From a virus (lineage: Duplodnaviria; Heunggongvirae; Uroviricota; Caudoviricetes): 21,680 nt of DNA. The stretch lies in IMG/VR virus record IMGVR_UViG_2974628062_000001, positions 108,794 through 130,473 of that record; one strand, given 5' to 3'. Both the position numbers and the translations under genes were made by a program. The notes below the pieces were generated by a model. It saw only the letters and a list, made by a program, of their open reading frames with translations. It was not told where the DNA came from and did not search any database. Below, in pieces: positions 14,698 through 21,554 of this stretch (positions are counted from its first letter, which is position 1; every line of letters begins with the position of its first letter).

Positions 14698-14943
14698 CTT
14701 CGCTACTCTGCGCAATGTTACTTCACAGTATGTGAGAAAAGCTCTGTACGCCTCTCTGAGCGCCTTTCAGGGGTTGGCACGTCCAACCACCCTAGGACCC
14801 TCACGAAAGGCCGTTAGACGCGAATTTCACGCTGTGTAGTATCTGACGGACCGTTGGGAAACCATGGAAAACAGCAGGTCAGACAGCGTTTCGCTATATA
14901 TGCAAGGTTGTTGAATAACTCCGGGCTGTCACTCTCTGGTGAC

Positions 14944-14952
14944 TGTGGATAA
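14944..14952 (-). promoter_or_regulatory. perfect DnaA box
   Basis: TGTGGATAA in the repeated 13-mer CTGTGGATAACTT. Confidence 0.5.
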
Positions 14953-15238
14953 CTTCTTTTACCAAGTCGTTACCAAAACACGCCGACACAGGGGTTGACA
15001 TTCTTTAAAAATCATGCTCCCAGGGAGAAGCCGGCCAATTAGGTAAAATTTTGGTAAAGAACTTCAGAAAAGCTTGACACTGCTAGAGAGTTCCTGTATT
15101 TCGCGCACACTCGCACTCGCTCCGTGTGATGGGAGCGGCCCAAAAGCTACGCTGAGTAGCGACACGCCGAAGACATGCTAACTAAAAGTAGTTTTAGGCC
15201 GCTGACCTGCGGAAACGTACTTTTTCGGGGTTAGGGGG

Positions 15239-15268
15239 TTCCGAGCACTCGGAAACGTCGCCTAATGT
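15239..15268 (+). promoter_or_regulatory. promoter P1 of right block
   Basis: TTCCGA-18-TAATGT followed by GTCGGAAC. Confidence 0.5.
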
Positions 15269-15329
15269 TCTCTGTGTCGGAACGGAACGGCGGAACGGGA
15301 AACCGGGAAGTTGGGAAGGGAAGACAAGC

Positions 15330-15358
15330 TAGACACGCAAGACCGACTCTGATACAGT
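15330..15358 (+). promoter_or_regulatory. promoter P2 of right block
   Basis: TAGACA-17-TACAGT followed by CGGAAAC. Confidence 0.6.
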
Positions 15359-15433
15359 CGGAAACGCGCCGGAGGAAAACCCGAAAGGGCCAGTACAAAG
15401 GAACGCACTGGCAACACATTGAGAACTAAACAG
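15335..15433 (+). promoter_or_regulatory. rRNA-operon-leader-like segment (boxB-like hairpin plus boxA-like motif)
   Basis: CTGATACAGTCGGAAAC, CCGGAGGAAAACCCGAAAGGG..AGTACAAAGGAA, TTGAGAACTAAACAG match blocks I recall from Streptomyces rrn leaders; needs BLAST confirmation. Confidence 0.7.
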
Positions 15434-15781
15434 TGGGATTCAGAAACACATTACGCACCTAGAGCGCTAAAGCGTCCCTTGCCTGAACTTTGGGGAATAC
15501 GCCAATACATTGTTAGCGCGAATCGGTATTCTCGGCACTTTGCCAGAATTAGCGAAAAGACATTCTCTCCCTGCGCAGTGTGAGCGCATATCGAATGTGG
15601 CGGATATCCGGGCGGTAGACCGGGTGTGAATATCCAATCCGAGTAGCGAAATTCAGCGGGTGTTTTGTTTATTGGTCAATGGTGCGCCGTGTCCCGATTA
15701 TCTAGGGACTGTGGCTTTAGACGCTTACCCTTTCGAGCGTCTAGTGTCCACAAAGGAATTAGGGAAGAAAGTCAGGAAATC

Positions 15782-16117
15782 ATGACCACTGCCAAGGTTG
15801 CCAAGACTGCCACCCGCGCCCCCCGCAAGACTGCGGCGCGAAAGGCTGTCAGTGCCTCTCAGACGACCGTTTCCACGGTTGAGGTAGACGACCCGCAGAA
15901 CACGGCCGGTTGGACGTTCACGCGCCCCGTGGGGGCCGCTGAGTTCGTCTCTACGGGTGAGGGTCCCAAGCTGGAAAAGCTCACCCCCCGCGCGCTGGAG
16001 AACCTTACGGAACTCGCAACGGAAGGAAACACGGACTCCGCGCGGAAGTACTGGATTCGCGTGCTGTCCCGGTACGGCGTCACGGTGCCTTTCGTGCCGG
16101 TTGCCGATTCCGAGTAA
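15782..16117 (+). CDS. first gene of right block; Lys/Ala/Arg-rich histone-like N-terminal tail (111 aa)
   Basis: AGGA SD, ATG 15782; TTAKVAKTATRAPRKTAARKA; GC-rich host-like codons. Confidence 0.8.
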   Translation: MTTAKVAKTATRAPRKTAARKAVSASQTTVSTVEVDDPQNTAGWTFTRPVGAAEFVSTGEGPKLEKLTPRALENLTELATEGNTDSARKYWIRVLSRYGVTVPFVPVADSE

Positions 16118-16204
16118 TCGCATTCCGCAAAACAACTGAATAGCAATTCCACCCAAAACAAAACCTCCCTAATTCCTCTGCGGACACTAGAAAGGAGAAA
16201 ACAA

Positions 16205-16699
16205 GTGTTCCGACTTTCGGTGAATGGCAAAACCTACAATCCGACTTCCGTTAAGGACTTTTGGCCGCGTGCCAATCGTTCGGACGGATACGACGGAAGT
16301 TGGGTCGAATTCCCGGATTTCTATTACTGCGTTTGGATGACCATTGACGGTAAGAGTTACGCCGTTGACGGTCGCGCTACGCGGTATGAACTCGCAAAGC
16401 ACATTCGGAACGGTCGCAAGATTGCGGCCCAACATCCGGACGTGCCGTTTTCCATTGGCTATCAGAAGATTTGGACAACCCGCCGGGAATTGCTTTGTCC
16501 GTGGTGTGGTGTCCGGCCGGACCAATGGGAATGGGACTGTGACGGACAGTTCCCCATGTCCACATGTGGCAGCGAACAGTGCGACAAGTTGAATCGCTGC
16601 CAAGGGTGCGGACGTGACGGGGAAGCGCACATTAACCACTTGTGCGATTCCTGCTATGAATCGGAATACAACCGGCCCGTTCCGGGGCGGCGAAAGTAA
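16205..16699 (+). CDS. hypothetical protein with C-terminal multi-Cys Zn-binding region
   Basis: AGAAAGGAG SD, GTG start; CPWC, C-x4-C, CQGC, H-x4-CDSC. Confidence 0.8.
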   Translation: MFRLSVNGKTYNPTSVKDFWPRANRSDGYDGSWVEFPDFYYCVWMTIDGKSYAVDGRATRYELAKHIRNGRKIAAQHPDVPFSIGYQKIWTTRRELLCPWCGVRPDQWEWDCDGQFPMSTCGSEQCDKLNRCQGCGRDGEAHINHLCDSCYESEYNRPVPGRRK

Positions 16700-16777
16700 T
16701 TCCAAGCTGTAGGGATACCGGGCCGGTAGGGAAGAAATTCCCTACCGTGCCCGTATCCACACAGAAGGGAAAGCACA

Positions 16778-17254
16778 ATGCGTGGATTCAACCCGACCAA
16801 ACCGATTACGTGGGACAACTACGCGGTAAAGGTCGATTTCTTCACAAGCGACCGGCCGAATCTCGAAAGGACAGAGTATTTCGGTTCGGCCGGTGAGTTC
16901 GCCGAATGGTTGGACGCATTCGACTACGGAAACGGTGACGTTTTCGGATGGACGGGTGACAGTGCAACCATGGAAGCTGTGGAGAGTTTCAGAAAGGAAA
17001 GTGAGTACGTGGCAATTCCGGAGTTCATCACGGAATACAACACGAACGACGGTTCTTCGGAAATCATCGGGGCAGACCAGTTTCACAATCTGCGCCGGAT
17101 GTTCGCAAAGGACCGTGCGAATTACCGGATTCACCGCCACTTTGCGGATAACGCAAAGGTCTATTCGGTAATGTTCATCGGAAACGGTGAGCCGACACTT
17201 TCAACCTACGTTTGGCACGTGCCGTTTGGTGCCGACGAATTGCCGATTTCCTGA
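16778..17254 (+). CDS. hypothetical protein (158 aa)
   Basis: AGAAGGGA SD. Confidence 0.82.
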   Translation: MRGFNPTKPITWDNYAVKVDFFTSDRPNLERTEYFGSAGEFAEWLDAFDYGNGDVFGWTGDSATMEAVESFRKESEYVAIPEFITEYNTNDGSSEIIGADQFHNLRRMFAKDRANYRIHRHFADNAKVYSVMFIGNGEPTLSTYVWHVPFGADELPIS

Positions 17255-17288
17255 AAGGGAAGTCACAAGCGAAAGGGGGTGAGTACCT

Positions 17289-17321
17289 ATGCGGCGTAAG
17301 CGTAGGCGCAAATTACCCTAG
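17289..17321 (+). CDS. Arg/Lys-rich micro-ORF MRRKRRRKLP (10 aa)
   Basis: SD GAAAGGGGGTGA is one mismatch from full anti-SD complement GAAAGGAGGTGA; Leu is encoded by TTA. Confidence 0.55.
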   Translation: MRRKRRRKLP

Positions 17322-17409
17322 GCATTAAGCCAAGCTAGCGGGATTTCAGTTCCGGGCATTCTCTGAAAAGGGAATGTCCGGGCGAATGTCCAACTAGAAA
17401 GGTGGCGCT

Positions 17410-17595
17410 ATGCGTCAAACGGTTAAGTACGCCCGTGTTCGTGCAATTCAGGACCCGGACCGTACTAAGGACAATCCCGGTATTCATTACGGGGACAATG
17501 CGGCGGGGGCATTTCGTTTGCCTCTTGACGCGTGGCTTTCTCTGTTCTTCAACACTCGCACCACTCGGGGCGCAATTGTCCGGGCGGGTGAGTAA
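17410..17595 (+). CDS. hypothetical protein (61 aa)
   Basis: AGAAAGGTGG SD. Confidence 0.8.
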   Translation: MRQTVKYARVRAIQDPDRTKDNPGIHYGDNAAGAFRLPLDAWLSLFFNTRTTRGAIVRAGE

Positions 17596-17960
17596 TGGAG
17601 TTCAGGCGACGCGCATACGGCATTGTTGGCTATCTAGCCAATTGGGAGGGTTACGGAACTTCCCACGGGCACTACACAGAACATGCGGAATTCTTCGCAA
17701 ATCTGAGTGGCGCAAAGCTTGAAATGTATACCCGCTCAAGAGGTTACGGGTATCTCTACCCGCTCACGTTCAATGACTTTGAAGAAATTACCGGGGTCAA
17801 GGAACGTGAGTACGTCGAAACTCCCGGAACGTGGGATGAGCAATACATGACTCTGCGAGTGATGTATTACGACGATTCGGGAAAGCTCACATACTCCGAT
17901 GAACCTAAGTACACGCTGACAATCGGTCCGCGTGGCGGAGTAAGGACGAATGACGGTTAA
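17595..17960 (+). CDS. Tyr-rich hypothetical protein (121 aa)
   Basis: TAATG overlap. Confidence 0.8.
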   Translation: MEFRRRAYGIVGYLANWEGYGTSHGHYTEHAEFFANLSGAKLEMYTRSRGYGYLYPLTFNDFEEITGVKEREYVETPGTWDEQYMTLRVMYYDDSGKLTYSDEPKYTLTIGPRGGVRTNDG

Positions 17961-18040
17961 TGCGTCAAGTCGTTGTCAGTGCGGAGTCTGACAGCGGCCT
18001 AATGCATTGAAAGTCTCAATGCAGGAAAGGGGAACACATC

Positions 18041-18220
18041 ATGCGTACCGCTACGGTCAACGGTCGTCCGGGCATCATCGTTGCTCAGAACGGCGGTAAG
18101 GACGTTCCGGCTACCCGCGTGTTCGTTCTGTTCGATGGTGACGACTCCGCCGAGTCTTCCGCCGGTTGGTTCGACGTTCACAGCGTGCTGCCTACGGGCA
18201 TCGTTGCCGTGACGTTCTGA
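18041..18220 (+). CDS. small beta-rich hypothetical protein (59 aa)
   Basis: GAAAGGGG SD; MRTATVNGRPGIIVAQ...VAVTF; host-like codons; missed by ORF track. Confidence 0.8.
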   Translation: MRTATVNGRPGIIVAQNGGKDVPATRVFVLFDGDDSAESSAGWFDVHSVLPTGIVAVTF

Positions 18221-18324
18221 CGCGTCTAGGGGAGGGTCTGAGCGACTTTCAGACCCTCCCCGGCCCGGTTGCCCAACCAAGCTGAGAACGGCCGTTAGAA
18301 CGGCACTGAGAGGATTTTTGTACC

Positions 18325-18549
18325 ATGGCACGTACCAAGTGGGAGATTCTGGAAGCGCGGGCCGAAAAGCTGCGTAAGGAATTGACCGAATTGGAAGACT
18401 ATATGCGGGGAATGGAAAACACCCCGGATAACGTCAAGTGTTCGGGGTGTGGTGAACAGTTCCGCGTGAATGCCGATTTCGCGCGGCATTTCAAGATTCC
18501 AAATGAGCAATTGCTCAATACGGGATACTGCCCGAACAACCCGCGATAA
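18325..18549 (+). CDS. coiled-coil plus Zn-finger-like protein (74 aa)
   Basis: GAGG SD; CSGC...FARH...C. Confidence 0.78.
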   Translation: MARTKWEILEARAEKLRKELTELEDYMRGMENTPDNVKCSGCGEQFRVNADFARHFKIPNEQLLNTGYCPNNPR

Positions 18550-18559
18550 GGGGCGGGTA

Positions 18560-18802
18560 ATGGAAAAGTGCAAGAATTGCGGTGAGTCGATTACCTACGC
18601 TTACCGTGAATGGTGGGATGAGAACGACGATAATGCGTGCCCTAAGGGTGAAACGCATTTCCCGTTCTTCCGTACAACGCTTGCGCCTACTCCGGTCGTT
18701 CCGACAATGGGACCGGTTGCTAAGTGGCGCAAGAATGGTTCGGGACGATTGGTTCCCCTAAAGGGGAAGCGTTCCGCTCCGCGCAAGCTAGTTACAGACT
18801 GA
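18560..18802 (+). CDS. Zn-finger-like protein with basic tail (80 aa)
   Basis: AAGGGG SD; CKNC...C-x5-H. Confidence 0.75.
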   Translation: MEKCKNCGESITYAYREWWDENDDNACPKGETHFPFFRTTLAPTPVVPTMGPVAKWRKNGSGRLVPLKGKRSAPRKLVTD

Positions 18803-18882
18803 CGCTTATTCGTCCGGGCATTTTCAGTGGGGAGTCTGAAAGTGTCCGAATGCTCTAAGGGTTAGGGCAGGAAAGGGAAACA

Positions 18883-19317
18883 ATGGAGATTCGCAACGTG
18901 ACCAATCCGAGCAACATCGGAACGGCCATTCTCCGGACTTCCGAAAAGTGGGGAGACAACATCACTTCCCGTGGCATCACTTCCAACATGCGCCGGAATG
19001 GTGCCTACAACGCGCGTGTAAGGCTTGTCGCGCATTCTTCCTTTGGGGAGGGTGTTCGGGAGTCTGCAAGCGGTAGGCGCGGCCCGTGGGTTTGCTGGCA
19101 CGCGCAGCGGGATTTCTTCCGCGCGCTTTTCGAGATTGAGCCGAACGCAACGGTTCGAACGGGTCTCGGAAAGGGTGGCGTTACCTATACCGCCCGGAAT
19201 TTCGAAAGCACGTTTCCGGGCACGTACAACACGAATGCGGGAAGTCTGTATTACCCGCGTGAGTTCGGCTCACTGTGTGGTCATGGTGGCCGGGAAGCTG
19301 TAGCCGGTACTTACTGA
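18883..19317 (+). CDS. phage hypothetical protein (144 aa)
   Basis: GAAAGGGA SD. Confidence 0.82.
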   Translation: MEIRNVTNPSNIGTAILRTSEKWGDNITSRGITSNMRRNGAYNARVRLVAHSSFGEGVRESASGRRGPWVCWHAQRDFFRALFEIEPNATVRTGLGKGGVTYTARNFESTFPGTYNTNAGSLYYPREFGSLCGHGGREAVAGTY

Positions 19318-19396
19318 GTGCCGAATGTCATTAGGGAACTACCGGGCAAGCAATTGTCCGGCCCTATTGGCATTCCCCGCTTAGAAAGGCGACGCA

Positions 19397-19648
19397 ATGG
19401 CCATTGTCCGAATCATTGACGTTCCGGAGAATCGACGGGACGCGCATACGGATGTGGAAATGGAAGTAAGGGGATTCCGTGGCGCTACTGCGGTAATCGC
19501 AAAGGATTTGCGGCGTAGCGCTTCCGACAGTTTCCGTCAAGAGGTTATGCGACTTTGGGCGGAACACGGAAAGTCCGGCGGATTTGCCGTGAGAAACGGT
19601 AAGCACACGGATTCATGGGTTATGTTCGAATACTCGGAAGGGAAGTAA
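19397..19648 (+). CDS. hypothetical protein (83 aa)
   Basis: AGAAAGG SD. Confidence 0.8.
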   Translation: MAIVRIIDVPENRRDAHTDVEMEVRGFRGATAVIAKDLRRSASDSFRQEVMRLWAEHGKSGGFAVRNGKHTDSWVMFEYSEGK

Positions 19649-19652
19649 TACA

Positions 19653-19910
19653 ATGCGGGAAGTCATGAGGGTCTGTCTTTCTGAGGACGGAACGGAATTC
19701 CTGCTGTATTCCGAGAATGGCGAGACTCTGGAAAGGGTCATTGCCGTTAAGGACTTTGCCGCTGTAGGCGAATCGGCAAAGGAAGCTGCGGAAATCGCGT
19801 TTCGTGACGACTACGCGGAGCGCAATGGACGGGATTTCATGTCTTGCATGGGATATCAGGACTGCCGTCCGGGTCTGTGTGATGAGCATTACGAAGGGCA
19901 GGAATTCTGA
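19653..19910 (+). CDS. hypothetical protein, C-terminal C-x5-C-x4-C-x2-H (85 aa)
   Basis: GGAAGGGA SD. Confidence 0.78.
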   Translation: MREVMRVCLSEDGTEFLLYSENGETLERVIAVKDFAAVGESAKEAAEIAFRDDYAERNGRDFMSCMGYQDCRPGLCDEHYEGQEF

Positions 19911-19911
19911 T

Positions 19912-20277
19912 ATGCGCTGGATTCCCCTTGGCTTGAATGCGTTCCGAGAGATTCAGTCGGGCGCAACGGAAACCGTGACGGACGATTTCGACGGAACGAC
20001 CCTGTATTTCGGGGAAGTCATTTCGGCCGTCCGGCGCATGGGTGACCGAATGTACATTTTCGAAACGTGCTTTCGGGAAGCGCTCGAAAATGTGGACGTG
20101 ACGGAAATTCGGCCGGGTGACGTTATCTGGCATTGCTTGGATGACGGACCGGTTAAGAGTCACGAACCGTATTGCGCATATCCGGAAACCGAAGAACTCG
20201 TTTCTTGGGAATCCGGAATGTCGGACCGATTCGGAAAGCCTCAAAAGCTGGAAATCCTTCGGGGTGGTCAGTTCTGA
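19912..20277 (+). CDS. hypothetical protein (121 aa)
   Basis: AGGA SD, ATG one base after upstream stop. Confidence 0.78.
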   Translation: MRWIPLGLNAFREIQSGATETVTDDFDGTTLYFGEVISAVRRMGDRMYIFETCFREALENVDVTEIRPGDVIWHCLDDGPVKSHEPYCAYPETEELVSWESGMSDRFGKPQKLEILRGGQF

Positions 20278-20387
20278 GATTGTGCAATCTCGGGGGGTAC
20301 ACATACGTTGGTACAAAAAACGGCTGTGTGCTCCTCAGACTGTCCAATCAAGCGGGTTGGGTAGTTGGCCTAGGGAAGGGTCTAAAA

Positions 20388-20810
20388 GTGTCTCAGACAC
20401 GCACACACGGGCACGGCGGGTACTTTGGGTGCCGTGACGCAAGTTGCCCGAACGTTCCGGCCGTTCATGGTTCCCGCACGCGTTGCCGTTGTGAGGGATG
20501 GCAGACACAGAACAAGGGGAAGTGCACGGCTTGTGATTCCCCCGTTTTGGCGGATTGGGAATGGGACCTCTTGACGGGCGGGCAGGAAAACGGCGGGTTT
20601 GTGGAGAGTGAGGGAATAAAGGAATACCCCATTACCATTATCGCCTATAGGGGAAAGAACAAGGTAACGGTAAGCGGTATTCGGGAAGACTCGGTAAGCG
20701 CAAAGGTGGATAGGGAGGGTAATTGCAATCTGTCCTTTGAGTTCAGGGATTACCCGGACCGAATCGGATACATTCCGTGCATCGATTGGTACGAAACGGA
20801 GTGCGAATAG
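20388..20810 (+). CDS. Cys/His-rich hypothetical protein (about 140 aa)
   Basis: GGAAGGG SD before in-frame GTG; multiple C/H pairs; start uncertain. Confidence 0.65.
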   Translation: MSQTRTHGHGGYFGCRDASCPNVPAVHGSRTRCRCEGWQTQNKGKCTACDSPVLADWEWDLLTGGQENGGFVESEGIKEYPITIIAYRGKNKVTVSGIREDSVSAKVDREGNCNLSFEFRDYPDRIGYIPCIDWYETECE

Positions 20811-20941
20811 ACTACCTACTTTCTGCAAGAAAGCACTAACTAATAGTTAGTGTTCTAGATGGGTAATGGTTGGGCTATTCAGGCCCAATCTGGCCGCATT
20901 TCCATTAGAATTCGCGCAAAAACAAAGGAAAAGGGGCAGAA

Positions 20942-21025
20942 TTGAAGGCTTTTCTGTTCATTACCGGGCTTTTCCTTATCTCTGCCTATATGGTGGGGGT
21001 ATTGCCCGGCGGTATTCAGTGGTAA
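20942..21025 (+). CDS. possible hydrophobic micropeptide (27 aa)
   Basis: AAGGGG SD, TTG; MKAFLFITGLFLISAYMVGVLPGGIQW. Confidence 0.45.
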   Translation: MKAFLFITGLFLISAYMVGVLPGGIQW

Positions 21026-21073
21026 CCCATATACGGGTACCCCTATATAGGGGGTATATAGAAGGGGGTATGC

Positions 21074-21367
21074 ATGAACCTTGCATATCAGTATATCGAT
21101 AGGCCCAATAGCAAGAGTGGCACTGTATATGGTGCATATCTCTTGTATATGGGTACGGATACAGTGGTTGTCCCCGCAATGGGTAGGGATATCCATAAGC
21201 TGTGGGCATATGTGGGTAATGGCAATATGGGTATTGGCAAGGAAAGGCTTACTCACTTCCTGCAATTGCCTGCATTCACCTTGAACCCCGCCCAATACAA
21301 CACCACAGTTACACAATACGTTATGAGTAAGGATAAGCCTTTCAATATGCCTAGCGTGAAAGGATAG
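21074..21367 (+). CDS. hypothetical protein (97 aa), AT/TA-rich coding
   Basis: GAAGGGGG SD. Confidence 0.7.
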   Translation: MNLAYQYIDRPNSKSGTVYGAYLLYMGTDTVVVPAMGRDIHKLWAYVGNGNMGIGKERLTHFLQLPAFTLNPAQYNTTVTQYVMSKDKPFNMPSVKG

Positions 21368-21398
21368 CGAGGAAATTCCCGAAGAAATTACGCGGGAT

Positions 21399-21554
21399 TT
21401 GAATAGCGATATAGTGCAGGGTACTGCCCTTACTCTAAAGGGTGTCCTTTGTCTAATCGTTGTTATTCCCGTCGTGATTGCCGTCATTTTCTTTGTCGGT
21501 TTCGGGGCTTTCGCAATTCTCGGTGGAATTCTTCAGGCAATTGGAGCGCTGTAG
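21399..21554 (+). CDS. small membrane protein (about 51 aa)
   Basis: long hydrophobic run VLCLIVVIPVVIAVIFFVGFGAFAILGG; start uncertain. Confidence 0.55.
   Translation: MNSDIVQGTALTLKGVLCLIVVIPVVIAVIFFVGFGAFAILGGILQAIGAL

Larger units (their letters stand above)
16724..19361 (+). terminator. intergenic hairpins of the right block
   Basis: 16724-16747 (10 bp, GAAA loop), 17352-17381 (13 bp, GAAA), 18229-18261 (13 bp), 18815-18848 (13 bp), 19342-19361 (8 bp, GCAA); no U tracts. Confidence 0.7.

Noticed and set aside
14928-14943. GTCAC-N6-GTGAC as a BldD/GlnR/Crp site
   Set aside because: Spacing and orientation do not clearly fit any one consensus I can state reliably; noted only as an inverted repeat.
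15365-15780. RNase P RNA, tmRNA or 16S rRNA fragment
   Set aside because: GGAGGAAAACCC only superficially resembles GAGGAAAGTCC; other RNase P conserved regions, tRNA-like ends and 16S sequence are absent.
15665-15781. TTG start extending the 15782 gene to 150 aa
   Set aside because: No SD at 15665, the extension runs through hairpins and codon style differs; ATG 15782 has an SD.
17960-18010. 16-aa ORF MRQVVVSAESDSGLMH
   Set aside because: Possible by translational coupling, but it overlaps two hairpins and has no distinctive composition; insufficient support.
20172-20387. 5' extension of the 20172-20810 ORF
   Set aside because: Overlaps the 19912-20277 gene by about 100 bp and crosses an intergenic hairpin; GTG 20388 has a good SD.
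86-21487. Numerous long minus-strand ORFs in the track (e.g. 3193-3879, 7783-8493, 9038-9937, 9151-9897, 20879-21487)
   Set aside because: They are antisense shadows of well-supported + strand genes with SDs, show no recognisable motifs, and all regulatory signals point to the + strand.
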